Source: Scyliorhinus canicula | Lineage: Eukaryota | Direction: 5' to 3' | NCBI RefSeq assembly: GCF_902713615.1 | Contig: NC_052152.1 | Span: 51,807,810-51,871,809, forward strand | DNA length: 64,000 nucleotides | Shown: positions 24,999 through 37,404 of the stretch, piece after piece | Layout of the letters: each line of letters begins with the position of its first letter | Position numbering within the stretch: the stretch's first letter is position 1 | Made by a program: the position numbers and the translations under genes | The notes under the pieces: model-generated | What the model saw: the letters and a program-made list of their open reading frames with translations, nothing else | Told to the model about the DNA's origin: nothing | Databases searched by the model: none

Positions 24999-25426
24999 GC
25001 AGCACTACACGCCTGGTGAGGCTCACCGCACTTAGCACCTTAGCCACCTCTGCCCAGGCTTGGTTCATGACTGTCGGCGGTAGCCTCCTGCCCACCCTGG
25101 GAAGAGGTTGTTCCACCTCTCCTCCACTGCATCCAACATCCTCTCAAGCTCCGTGTCCGTGAAGCGTAGTGCTGGTCTTCATGGAGTCATTTTCTTTTCC
25201 GGAATGAGTGTATGTGGAGAGTGGAACGCTTATAAGCAGCTCCAGCTTGTCAAGTTCTCCAGAGCCAATATCGGCCCCAGCGAAACTGATGCTGATGGGA
25301 ATGTGTATTCCTCTCGATTGACGCAAGCAGAGTGCTGGCCAATTAGCATGTCCTAAATTGCTCCGAAAATAGCAGCCCCAACAGGAACACAAACTGTACA
25401 CAATTCAGTCTCAGCTTCAACATTTA

Positions 25427-25749
25427 GGGCGCGATCTACTGGCCACGTTGTGCCCAAACAACGATGCTATTTGGCTGGTAGATACCAGGCGATTCCTCTT
25501 CCGGGAGCCTCCCAGCTCGCCACACCTTGTGAGATCGAACGGGATCTTGCAAGATGTTATGATCTGATCTGAATCCCACCCATTGTGTGGGATTCAGTAT
25601 TTGGCAAATTAGTGTGAGGCTAGCTGCCTTGCTTTAGTCTGCGCTCACCTGTTATACTAAGATCTGGGATCGAATCCCTTTGTCTCAGAGACCACAGGCA
25701 AGCACCGTTCAGCGCTGGTCTCCACAAATGGGGACCAGACAGAACGCTC

Positions 25750-25786
<37 letters not shown>

Positions 25787-26535
25787 CCCAGGGGATCGGA
25801 GTCCCCCAAGTCTTTGCCCTCTGGGCAGGGTCGCATCCTGGCACTGCTGGTGCGACCTGGGCACCTTAGCACTACCAGCCTGGCATCCTAGCAGTGCCAC
25901 ATGGGTGCTAACCTGGCGCTGCCAACATGCCCAGATGGTCCTGCCAGCTGGCAGGGGCATTTTGGGGGGGGGGGGGGGTTCCCCGAGGACCGCCTTATAG
26001 GCGAGTTGGTTTTTTGGGGGGGGGTTGGGGGTCATAATAATAATCTTTATTGTCACAAGTAGGCTTACATTAACACTGCAATGAAGTCACTGTGAAAAGC
26101 CCCAAGACGCCACATTCCGGTGCCTGTTAAGGTACACAAAGGGAGAATTCAGAATGTCCAAATTACCTAACAGCACGTCTTTCGGAACCTGTGGGAGGAA
26201 ACCGGAGCACCTGGAGGAAAGCCACGCAGACACGGGGAAAACATGCAGACTCCGCACAGACAGTGACCCAAGCCGGGAATCGAACCTGGGACCATGGCAC
26301 TGTGAATCAACAGTGCTACCCACTGTCCTACTGTGCCGCCCTCATGTCGGGGTGGGGGGGGGGGGGGGGAAAACGAGAGATCGGGACGCTATCAGTGCAG
26401 GAAACGGGAGTAAGTATGGCCTCAGCGGGGCATTCCCAACAGATTGTGTGGTGTTTCTCAGCGCTGAGTGCCGGGAAACACCGGACTTAACGCACTCTTC
26501 ACCCGACTTTGTTGCAATTTGGTTAGATCGTGCCC
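25427..26535. mobile_element. Harbinger-type MITE with a nested SINE and a long G run
   Basis: TIRs GGGCGCGATCTA / TAGATCGTGCCC; flanks TTA/CTA. Confidence 0.75.
26034..26341 (-). mobile_element. V-SINE carrying the (ATT)n-type tail
   Basis: V head and long core joined to ...CCGGAATGTGGCGTCTTGGGGCTTTTCACAGTGAC...GTGACAATAAAGATTATT. Confidence 0.85.
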
Positions 26536-26854
26536 CTAGTCTCCCAAATGGAGAATCTCGCCCATTGTCTCTTTATGTTTACATAGAACATACAGTGCAG
26601 AAGGAGGCCATTCGGCCCATCGAGTCTGCACCGACCCACTTAAACCCTTACTTCTTACTTTGTTGGAAAACAAATGCAGGTGCTTGACAAATACTGTTCA
26701 ATAAACAATATGTCTTGGCTTTCTAGCCAGCATAGCCCAGCACATTTATCTATTAAGTAATTGAGCCACTGAAGGCCCGGATATGACTTCGCTGACTCAG
26801 CCTGTGAGCAGGTAGGAGCGCTGTGGATCAGTTTGTAGTGCACTCACTTCATAA

Positions 26855-27210
26855 CAAGAGGGTTGTGGTTTAATTCCTAGACTGACACTTCCTTTGTTGC
26901 AGGAGTGCTGCACTGACAAAAGTTCCTTCCTTTGGATGAGATATTAAAACAAAGCCCCATCTACACTCAGCTGAATATAAAAAAATGGGCAGTGGACTTA
27001 ATCTTCATGTTTTGGCCAATATTTATTCCTCAATCAATACCACTGGGAAAAATAATCTGTGCTGTCTGGGAGTGGGAGAGCTTGCTGTACAGGAATTTCC
27101 TGCTGCATTTCTTAAACAACAATGGCTGGACTTCAAAAGCACTTCATTAGCTGCAAAGGGGGCGGCTGAGAAAGGTGCAATAAAAATGCAAGTCTCTCTT
27201 TCTTTGTCCA
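26855..27210 (+). mobile_element. Old Deu-domain SINE
   Basis: GGAGTGCTGCACTG...TGGATGAGATATTAAAAC...TGGCCAATATTTATTCCTCAA...CTTCAAAAGCACTTCATT...AAATGCAAGTCTCTCTTTCTTT. Confidence 0.7.
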
Positions 27211-27311
27211 TGATCTGAATGTCCTTGGGTTAGGGAGGGGAAAATAACTGGAGGTCTTCTTCCTATTACTATTCAAACCATGCTGGAAGTATGTATATTC
27301 ATCCCCATGTT

Positions 27312-27567
27312 TTTTTTTTTTTTTTTCTTTTTTTTTCTTCTTTTTTTTTATAAATTTAGATTAGCCAATTATTTTTTCGAAATTAAGGGGCAATTTAGCG
27401 TGGCTAATCCACCTACTCTGCACATTTTTGGGTTGTGGGGGCGAAACCCACGCAGACACGGGGAGAACGTGCAAACTCCACACGGACAGTGACCCAGAGC
27501 CGGGATCAAACCTGGGACCTCAGCGCCGTGAGGCAGTTGTGCTAACCACTAGGCCACCGTGCTGCCC
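27312..27567 (-). mobile_element. V-SINE, short-tailed with long poly(A), 16-bp TSD
   Basis: TSD TATTCATCCCCATGTT at 27296-311 and 27568-83. Confidence 0.93.
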
Positions 27568-28165
27568 TATTCATCCCCATGTTGAACATGGGACCAACCT
27601 TGGAATCCCATATAACCTGCAAAGTCTTACTGTCAAGATTCGCGCATACCTAAGGACCCCTCTAGGCACCATACTGCAATTCAACACCAGTTGAACAACT
27701 TCAGCAAGACGGTGCCTTCAAGTGAAAGGTGTAAGTAAATGGCGCATATTTAAAATATATATTGCCAACCACAATGCATCACTTCAGTAAGCATGTGTGA
27801 ATGTGAAAAACAGCAATTCTATATGGCTGAATTTTTTTAAATTAAAAGATTAGAGCACTGTGTTCCTGAGTAATCACTAGGAGATTGTTGCTTAAAATTT
27901 AATAAGAATTCTTGCGTCTCACATTAGATTATCCAAACACTGTAAACTAAAATATTCTGGGCTGCAAGCATAATAATAAAAGGGCATTAGACAAATTACT
28001 TAGCAACGTAAGTAGCTTATTCAACCACAAAGAATGAAAAAAAGGGCGACTGAAAGATGATACCACAGGTAGACAGACATATTGATATATTAACAGAGAC
28101 CTTTGAGTGGCTATCCGGGCTGCCAGCCGTATTTACTCGAGTTGATCAAGTGAGCCATCACTTAC

Positions 28166-28567
28166 CTGGGGGTTTAACTTTCACCTCCAGAATATTTGAA
28201 GATTTACTGGTTTTCCTCACCCACAGGCCCATCTGGTTTTGGTGCCACAGTTCAGCAATGCACTGGTATTTCCCCGCCTCCAAGTCACTGGCTTTAGAGA
28301 TGACCAGACGGACATTATTGGACATTGTCTTGATTACCATCGTTTTATTTGTAAAGTCTGTTGCTTTGTCCCCCCAGGTAATGGATGTGTCATGTGCAAA
28401 GGTGATAATGTCATAGTTGTTCCTTGATCCAGCTGGCTGGAATTTCCACGTTACAGACACTGACACTCTGGAAGGATAGGTGGGTCTGATGAAACACTGG
28501 AGCTCAAATGCATTGTTGTAGATCACGGATGGTGTTCGTGTTATTGCAGTAACGCTGAAGCCTGTTT
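28166..28567 (-). CDS. IGSF3: IGSF3-like exon encoding V-type Ig domain 5
   Basis: Poly-T tract plus CAG acceptor 28568-70, GTAAGT donor 28160-65; 402 nt, phase 1/1. (E)TGFSVTAITRTPSVIYNNAFELQCFIRPTYP...VTWKFQP...SNNVRLVISKASDLEAGKYQCIAELW. Confidence 0.93.
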
Positions 28568-29309
28568 CTGTGAAGTAATCCAAAAAAAAAAAGCTGTTGA
28601 CGTCAACTTACATGATCTAAAAACATTCCAAAATATCTCATGTCACAGAAGGATTCCAGAATCTTTTCCCTCTCAACCTTCTCCTCCCTGAAGGCAGCCA
28701 CTTGCACACTGGTATTGTTCCATAGGTGTTGACCACCGTTAATATCTCTGCTGTGTGACCATTCTTTGTATGTAAACCCAGCCAGTAGATCTTATTTGAC
28801 CATGGGAATATTTCAGTCAAGCTAGATTTTGGATTGTCAAGTAACTTACAATCTATTAGCTTGGTTACTGTAATAATTCCATGAGGCGCAGGATAAAATG
28901 AAAGGCAGGTTTAATCTCCAACACAAATAAAGCCGCAGCCACACCATACAAAACTGATGCCCCAGCGCGGGACTATCGCAAACTGCCGGTGCGGGTCTGG
29001 GGTTCGATATTTTAGGTCCCACTAGTGAGTCCCTATTGGGAAGGCCTCTGCTCATTCAACACAGGAGCTTATATTTTACGAAGCTCGCGGGGAGATCAGT
29101 CAGCGATCCCCTGTGGTCTTCGTGAGGGCTATAACAATCACAATATTCCAACTCCAGGCATATCACGTCAGAAAGATTATATTTACCTTCTGTTCCACCA
29201 ACAAACACCAGCTCCACCCCCCCCCAACATCATGGATGATAGTTATTGGTCAGGCATGAAACAGCTCTCATGCATGGGCTAGACCAAGTCATAGAAGAAG
29301 TCAAATAAT

Positions 29310-29615
29310 TCCTGCAGTGCAGAAGGAGGCCATTCGGTTCATCGAGTCTGCACCGTCCCTCCTAAGGAGCATCCCACCCATGCCCCCATCACGTAACCCA
29401 TCTAAACGTTTTGGACAATAAGGGGCAATTTAATATGGCCAATCCAGCTAACCCACACATCTTTGTACTGTGGGAGGAAACCGGAGCACCCGGAGGAAAT
29501 CCACGCAGACACGGGGAGAAAGTGCAAACTCCACACAGTCACCCATGGCCAGAATCGAACCTGGGTTCTTGGTGCTGTGAGGCAGTAGTGCTAACCACTG
29601 TGGCACCGTGCCACC
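29310..29615 (-). mobile_element. V-SINE with CR1-type tail (intron between domains 4 and 5)
   Basis: Head, core and a GCAGAAGGAGGCCATTCGG tail. Confidence 0.85.
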
Positions 29616-30051
29616 CCAATGTTGCAGGAACACCTCAGGAGTGACAGTAACTCAACCTGCAAACAATGTGTGTGAGTGAGTTGGCACTGTCCTCCATATT
29701 ACAATATATCCCAATAGCCAAAGCTTCCACTAGTTGGAGGTGCAGGGTTTCAGAAGATGCTTTTTTGTCTCTCTGCAACTCAATCTGTTGGATCCAATTC
29801 AATGTCCTCACATTGAAAATATCATGCTGTATTCATTAACTCCCCAGTAACCTTCTCCTTATTACATACTTCACAAGTTGAGATTCTAGCATGACAACTG
29901 AAATACGTTGTTTCATCAATATTTCCACCACAACATATCCTGTGTTAACCTAGTCTACATAAAATTGCTCCTTTTAATCAATCAGGCATTAACTAGACTA
30001 GTGCACAGAAACATCTTTCAGCCCTCAGGCTTTTTTGATGCAAGTACTTAC

Positions 30052-30453
30052 CAAGAGGTGTTACCATCGCTACAATATGAGCAGATTTCTCTCCTATTTG
30101 TTGCCAATCTCCACCCACGTTCATGATCCATTCAGCCACCGTACAAACATAATCTCCATCGTCCAACATCACTGAGTTATGTAGCTGCAGCATGAAAGAA
30201 TCCGAACGCTCTTTGGTCAGCCTGAGGTCTCCATTAGCAACACGCTTACGGTACAGTGCACCGATAACCTGAGTGCCGTCCTGTTGCAAGCTGATGATAT
30301 CAGTGGCCTGTTTCTGTTTGTTGATTAGCTGCCAGGTGACAGAGAGACGACTGTGGTTCCTGATTGCCGAACGGACATCACAGGTGAATTGGAGCGAGTT
30401 ACCCTCCAAAACCTTGGTAGTGTTACTGGTAACTGATGTACTCAGACTACTTT
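30052..30453 (-). CDS. IGSF3: IGSF3-like exon encoding V-type Ig domain 4
   Basis: CAG acceptor 30454-56, GTAAGT donor 30046-51; 402 nt, phase 1/1. (K)SSLSTSVTSNTTKVLEGNSLQFTCDV...VTWQL...DDGDYVCTVAEWIMNVGGDWQQIGEK; second EWI motif. Confidence 0.92.
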
Positions 30454-30959
30454 CTGCAGGGGACAAGATACTTTTAGTGCAATTGGTAGTTTTGTGGAAA
30501 GACAATTATAACAGACCCAAGGATTCATCTTGTTTCTGATCATAAGAATCAGTATATTTTACATATTATAAGAATTAATCGCAATGCCGATGAGTAAATG
30601 TTTTACAAATGGCTTTTATGAATGTTTTCTGGATAAGATTTCTGTTTTCTTTAGGACATACAGAACAATTCATAGCATAGATTATTTGATCAATGCTATT
30701 TTGATTCTGGAAGTAATCTATTTTTGTTGCTATAAGTCTAGGGTAAACTGCTTGGGAGTCACACACAGGTTTGCAGAGGACGGGGAAGGATGGTTAGTCA
30801 ACTGTCTTTGTCCATAGGTTATCCATGATTAGGTTTAGATTGATTGGCCAGACACCATTGTTAATATACGTAATATTACTATTGTGAGGAGAAATACTAT
30901 AATTTTCCCTAATGGTTGAACCGCCAACATAAGGTTTTAGTTTTTTTAAAAAGCTGCCT

Positions 30960-32620
30960 GCTCCATGCATTATTTCCCAGTTACTGACTCCATCTTTCTC
31001 CCTGACAACAATCCGAGATTAAGCCAGTGTGTTGGCAACATTGGTGCCACATTTGATCCCAAGATGAGCTCCGGCCTTAAATTTTCGCCATCACTAACAC
31101 TACCGATTTCCACCTCCATAACATCATCTGACTTAGTCTCTGGGTGTGATTCTCCCCAAAATTCCTAAGTTAATTTGTGGCGGGTTTTTCAGGGAGTTCC
31201 CGCTGGTTCTGCTGGCGAGTTCCTCACTGCTATTCAATGACGCTTAGTCACTTTTTTGGGGCCCTGGGGAGTTTCTCTCTGGTTTAGCCCACACTTGGAA
31301 TTTTGTTTAGCACTGGGAAGCTGAACTCAGATATTGGGCCGCCATTTTGAAAGGGTGCCGTGATATCTAAGTGACCTTGTGGGTCCCCCACACTCCCCAC
31401 CTAAGGGCAATGTCATCCCCCCAGACAAATGGACGCTATACCATCACCCACCTAACCTCCCGGAAGCCCCTATTTACCTTCCCTGCACATCCCACCGTTC
31501 AAACCCCACCCTCATTTCATTGGCATGGCCCACCCTCCCCCCTCTCCTCCCCCCACCCTTGGCAGTGTGCCCTGGCACTTGGGCACCTATCGGGGCCAGG
31601 CTGCAGGTTTACGGCCTACATCTGCGAGCGTCATTCGGTTCTGCCATTTGGGGTGGGGTTCTGACTTCGACCTCTCGCAAGACTCCTGCAGGCCTTTCCC
31701 GGCATTCTCCAGCCGCATTATGCTCATCTGTTGGTGAAACCCTTGCTCTTGCCTTCATTACCTCTAGATTCAGCTTTTGTGATTAGCACTGAGGCTTCAC
31801 AGCGCTAGGGTCCCAGGTTCGATTCCCTGCTGGGTCACTGTCTGTGCAGAGTCTGTACGTTCTCCCCATGTGTGTGGGCTTCCTCCGGGTGCTCCTGTTT
31901 CCTGCCATAGTCCAAAGACGTGCAGGTTAGGTGGATTGGCCCTGATAAATTGCCCTTAGTGACCAAAAAAAGGTTAGGAGGGGTTATTGGGTTACAGGGA
32001 TAGGGTGGAAGTGAGGGCTTAAGTGGGTTGGTGCAGACTCGATGGGCCGAATGGCCTCCTTCTGCACTGTATGCTCTATGTTCTTTTCCACAGTATTCTT
32101 GGCTGGTCTGCCATATTTTACCCTCCAAAACTTGAGGTCACCCAAAATCCAGTTGGCATGTCTTAATTCACAGTAAGTCCCGTTCCCCTATCATTCCTAT
32201 GCTTGGTGACTTACATTGGCTTCTGGACAAGCAAGGTCTTGACTTTACATTTCTCACCCTTGCAGCCAAATCCCTCAATGGTTTTGCACCTCCCTATCTC
32301 TGTAATCTCCTCCAGCCCCTTAGCCCTCTGAATCATCCCTGTTCCTTTAATTCTGGCCTCTTGTGAATTCCCAATTAGAATTGCTTCACAATTAGTGGCT
32401 GTGCCTTTAGTTGCCTGAGCCCTAAAGTCTGGAATTCCCACCCTGCATTTCTCTGCCTCTCCACTTTGCTTCCCTCCTTTAAGACAGTCCACCTCTTTAA
32501 CAAAGGTCCTGGCCAGCTGACCTAAAATCCCCTTAAGTGGATCATTACCATACATTCTTTTATAAGGCTGCCGAGAAGCAACTTGGAACATTTCAATACG
32601 TTAAATGTACTATATAAATA
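30960..32620 (+). mobile_element. L2 LINE 3' fragment split by a MITE (about 31142-31735) and a V-SINE (about 31780-32085)
   Basis: ...VGNIGATFDPKMS..., ALAFITSR, then LHWLLDKQGLDFTF...NGFAPPYLCNLLQP; motifs of the L2 ORF2 C-terminus. Confidence 0.7.
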
Positions 32621-34083
32621 GGTTTTTGTTCACAATGTGTTAGAGTGAGCATTTTCTGGTTAAAAAGTAGTTACTGTTACATCAACATAGTATGCAAAAT
32701 AACTTTTAAATTCGGGTTTTGTTCTGGTTCAGCCAGAAGCAGCCTAAATCTGGGCATATATATGATGTGATTTCCTAAATTCTTCTGTTGCGTTCAGTGC
32801 AATGGTTGCATTGAAGCAGGATGCTGTATGTACTCCTCTTTGCATTTAAGTAAAGGATACCACAGAAGGATTTGTTGTTTTGATGACAGTAATATTAATT
32901 TTCCAGAAAGAAATGATTCAATTATGATTTGGTATAATCTTATTCCAGAAAACATTGTTCAAAATCTTTAGCCTGAGCAATATAGTCTGGTCGTCTTGTG
33001 CACGTCATTGGTTTGGAGAGATCACATGATGGTCAGCAAATTGATTTCCAATGTGCACCCCAACAACCGGAAATTAATTGTTTGCCTCCTGGCAACACCG
33101 TCCAGATTGATTTCTAGATAAGATCAAGTTCCAATTCAGAAGAAATGTCCAGTTACCTTTGGATGCTGACTTTTGTATTGACCACGAGTAACAATTGTTG
33201 CAAAGAATATATTTACATTACGGGTGAGTAAACTGTTTCAATTGGCCTTGCTACTTTATCAGGGCAAAGAGCAGGTATAAGTCTGGAAGCTGTTACGGGC
33301 AATGTCGCTGTAACATGTTCATGCCAAATTCTATTTTAATGGAGGGATTAACTCACAAAAAGGGTGCATGCTGTGGATGGAATAACATCCTGACACAAGA
33401 AAGTTAGAATAAAAATGATCATAACTGCAGCTGCTGCCACATTGACTCTGATTTTGAAATGGTGAATTTGTGAAGTTAGCTCTTAAGGAGCATACTGATT
33501 AGACTTAAACGGGCCAAGATTTTAATTTGAACCGTAGTTGGGAGTATAAATGATACATTTGGAAAATTGATTTTATGCGATCAGCAACTGAATAGGGACA
33601 GGTAGAAATTCTGATGGGGAAGAGGGCAGGAGTTCTCTTTATTCCTCCCCTTCGTTTAAACACATTGCTTTAATGTTACTGTCTAAATTGTCCATCAAAT
33701 CGTTTTGAAAACCTTTAGTCAGAGCCCTTCCAATAAAAGCATGTCAGTGTCACGCACGTTCATGATCCTTTTCATTATTTCACAGAAGATGCGCATACTT
33801 TCATGCAAATAAATTTAAAATTTGACATTAATACCGTAATGATTTGGCTGCTTTTGTGAAAGTAAAGCTTCTCTCACTTTTTTGGGGAAAGATGAAAGGC
33901 AAAAACATCAAAGTGAAATGTTCTCAATACTAACACTGACTAATGATTTTCAGTCAACACTCTGGTCAGATTTTGTTTGCACCTATATGAGTAATATAAC
34001 TGACATCAGAATCTGCAGGCGGATCATTGAGATCTTGCAGACTGTGCTGTGACTAATGTCAAATTTGATGAGCAAAAAACTAT

Positions 34084-34809
34084 GGGCGGGATTCTCCCAT
34101 ACGCGGCAGGGCGAGGGGGGTCCCGGTGGGACGGTGTGGCTTGAACCACTCCGGCATCGGCCTGCCCCAAAGGTGCGGAATCCTCCGCACCTTCAGGGGC
34201 TAGGCCAGCGCCCGAGTGGTTTGCGCGCCGCCGGCCGGCGTGGAAGGCCTTTGGCGCAACGCTAGCTGGGGCCAAAGGGAATCTGCCGGCTGGCGCGGGT
34301 CCACGCATGCGTGGGAGCGTCAGCGGCTGCTGATGTCATTCCCGTGCATTCACGGGGGGGGGGGGGGGTTCACCTACGCGTTGACCATCGCGGAGGCTGA
34401 CACGGCCGGCGCGTAGGAAAAGAGTGCCCCCACGGCACAGGCCCGCCCACGGATCGGTGGGCCCCGATCGCGGGCCAGGCCACCGTGGGGGCAAACCCCC
34501 CCCCCCGGGGCCAGATCCCCCCGCACCCCCCCAGGACCCCGGAGCCCGCCCGATCAGGTCCCACCGGTAAGGGACCTAGTCTAATTTACGCCGGCGGGAC
34601 TGGCAAAGAACCAGCGGGTCTTCGGCCCATCGTGGGCTGGAGAATCGCCGGGGGGGGCCGCTGTGTGCGGCCGCCAACTAGCGCGCGCGAGTCCCGCCCC
34701 CGCCAAATCTCCGGTGCTGGAGAATTCGACAGCCAGCGGGGGCGGGATTCACGCTGCCCCCCCACCCCGGCGATTCTCTGACCCGGCGGGGGGTTGGAGA
34801 ATCCCGCCC
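34084..34809. mobile_element. Harbinger-type MITE (726 bp)
   Basis: TIRs GGGCGGGATTCTCC / GGAGAATCCCGCCC (14 bp, perfect); flanks TAT/TCT. Confidence 0.9.
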
Positions 34810-35507
34810 TCTGTCACTCATAATTAAAAGTTCTTATAAACAGATGCTTTGGAGTAAGATTGCGGCATGACAGCAAAATTCTTGTTATAAAAATTAATTG
34901 GTGAGCTCTTAATAATAACAATAATCTTTATTGTCACAAGTAGGCTTACAGTGACACTGCAATGAAGTTACTGTGAAAAAGCCCCGGTTACATTTTTTGT
35001 TTGTGTTTAATTTCTCTCTAAAAGGGCAATTCCGGTCTAAATTACCCCTTCCTTTGACGATACATCTTTTTTACAAACATGTTCTGGATCTGATAACTGG
35101 GCCATAATAAACCCAGATTCCTTTGCAAAGTGATTCAAAACAAGCAGACCCTTATGTAACCATGGGAAAGTTTTTTCTTAGTTTCCTTATATGCTGATAA
35201 GAGCTGCGTCACTAAGCAACAATATTTCCACAGAGCCTGAAGCAACCTTGACAGTACGATAACTGAAACTTAACTCTGATTAGATTCTTTGAATTTAAAA
35301 TATGAGACAACATTAGTTGCGGAGAAAGACCATTTGTGACAAAAAGCACCCTCGCTAGAGGCACTGTTTCATCAAATCAACTTCTTTGTCTGGCTGAAAG
35401 AGCACACAAAGAATTCTAGAATTTCTCTGCCATTATTCCAACCTACCAAAAAATTGCATGCTGTCAATTCTTCAAGGGGCAGAAATGGTATTTGGACAGT
35501 TACTTAC

Positions 35508-35897
35508 TGACAGGCTGGACATTGATTAAAACTTTAGTAGATTTGTTGGTATGCCTGGCAATGAATTCTCCTGTAACAGTTTTCTCATGCTCAGTGGCTC
35601 GACAATGGTATTTGCCACTGTCCTCCAGTTGCACATGGTAGATTTTCAGCAGGTACGTTGTATCTGTCTCCTTTGTAAACCTTACATATCCCAGATGATC
35701 TCTGGTTGTGTATTCAACCTTGACTGTCGGTACAGCATTGCGACCAATGTTGGCAATTGGTGTGCCATTAAAAATCCACAACACAGAGAAATATCGGTCT
35801 TGTATATTTTGAGCCTCAATGACGCATCTTAACTCCATGGTATCTCCAACAGTGAAGGTTCTCCTTTCATTCTCCAACTGTACACTGAAGTTCTTAT
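35508..35897 (-). CDS. IGSF3: IGSF3-like exon encoding V-type Ig domain 3
   Basis: CAG acceptor 35898-900, GTAAGT donor 35502-07; 390 nt, phase 1/1. DKNFSVQLENERRTFTVGDTMELRCVIEAQNIQDRYFSVLW...DSGKYHCRATEHEKTVTGEFI; splices in frame with the previous exon. Confidence 0.93.
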
Positions 35898-37404
35898 CTG
35901 TAACAGAACACGGACATGCAGATGAAATTAGAACATGGGAATCTAGCAATGAAGAATTACAGCCAAAAGCTTGTTTGTCAAGTCCTGGGACTGTTTGCTA
36001 CCCATACTGTTACCCATATCTGCTGATTGCACTTTGCCCTTGCAATCATCAAAGCTTCTCTGCCTATTTCCTAATGCTTCTGATTCTTGTAGAAATTACA
36101 CCTACTCTCCGGTGTAACTTTGTCATGGAGTCAGAATCATTATGGCACACAAAGGAGGCCATTTAGTCCATTAAGTCCCTGACAGCTCTCCATTGGAGCA
36201 ATCCACTTAGTCCCATTCCTTTTGAGTTCTGCAAATGTATTTCTCTGCCAGTCCTCCGCAGCCCAACCAGGAAAAGTAGACATGGCTGATGAAGCCAGGG
36301 GCCTTACAGACGACACAAGATAGGCACAAAATATACTGGCTGGAATTCTGCGGTCGCTGGGATTCACTTTGCCTTCTGGCAGTGCCCCCCTGCCAGTGGG
36401 TTTCATGGCAGCGTGGGAAGGTTTCAATAGGAAATCCAATTGACAAGCGGCGGGAGGATAGAATCCTGCCACCAGCCAAAGCAAGCGCGGTCGAGAAACT
36501 AGAGACTGGGACTGGAGAATCCCGCCCATTTAAAAAAATACACGACTGAGTGCTCCATGGATATCACTGGGGCTGCCTATCCTGCTTGTGGGCCCTTTGT
36601 TTTGGTTAAAAATGTAACACAGCCCCCCAGGGCTGCTACTGGAGGCCCACATCTATTTAGCTTCCTCACGCAGCACAAAGTCAATGAGTCAATTTACATA
36701 AACACCAACCAGCTAGCGTCACTGAAACAATGAGAAACATGATAAAGAATTTGCTTGACCTGCTAAATGGGAGTACATCAGTTGTATGCAGCTGACTGCC
36801 AAATAAGCAAGAGCATTACCATCTAAACCAAGCATATTTTAAGCAGCTGAACTGGATTCATCCTGCACTATTTTTTCTCCAGCCCCTGCTGGAGAGGTGG
36901 CCACTGCTGGGACTACAGCCAGTCCCAAAATAAGAGGAGCTAATGGAGGCCTGGCTGAAGGTAAGAACACCGTGTCGGTGAGGCCTGGCTAACAGGCGCC
37001 AGCTAGAGGAATGAGCAGGTTGGGGAGTTGAGCTCGACAATCTTGGGTAGCAGGGAGGGAAAAGAGTGAAAGTGGGAGAATGACCTTGGAGTAGTTGCCT
37101 TTGATAGGCACATGGGACCCCAAATGCAGGTACCACATTCCTTGCCCGACACCAGCCCATGCAGCTAAAGCGACCATTTAAGGGTCTCGATAGGCCCAAG
37201 GGCAGGTAGATGGCCTGATACTTCCACTCCCCCCCCCCCCCCCCCCCTCCTTCCCCTCCCCCTGTAAAATAGGAGACATATCAGGGCCAGGCAAATAGAC
37301 AGGCATGTCACATGCTGGCAGAGATGGGTAATATTCTGGCCATTATCTCTGCTTATTCATATAATGGCTATACTGATCATGGCCTTTGAATGATAACTAC
37401 TTAC

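Larger units (their letters stand above)
21559..25195 (-). pseudogene. Harbinger Myb/SANT-like DNA-binding gene (multi-exon, disrupted), convergent with the transposase
   Basis: RPALRFTDTELERMLDAVEERWNNLFP...AWAEVAKVLSAVSLTRR...CWKRMNDLLQAAR followed by a GTGAG donor at 24599; next exon EKVAHNRRELEKTGGG; C-terminal heptad array ends at stop 21559. Contains frameshifts, an in-frame TAG (23126-28), an LTR and two SINE insertions. Confidence 0.8.
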
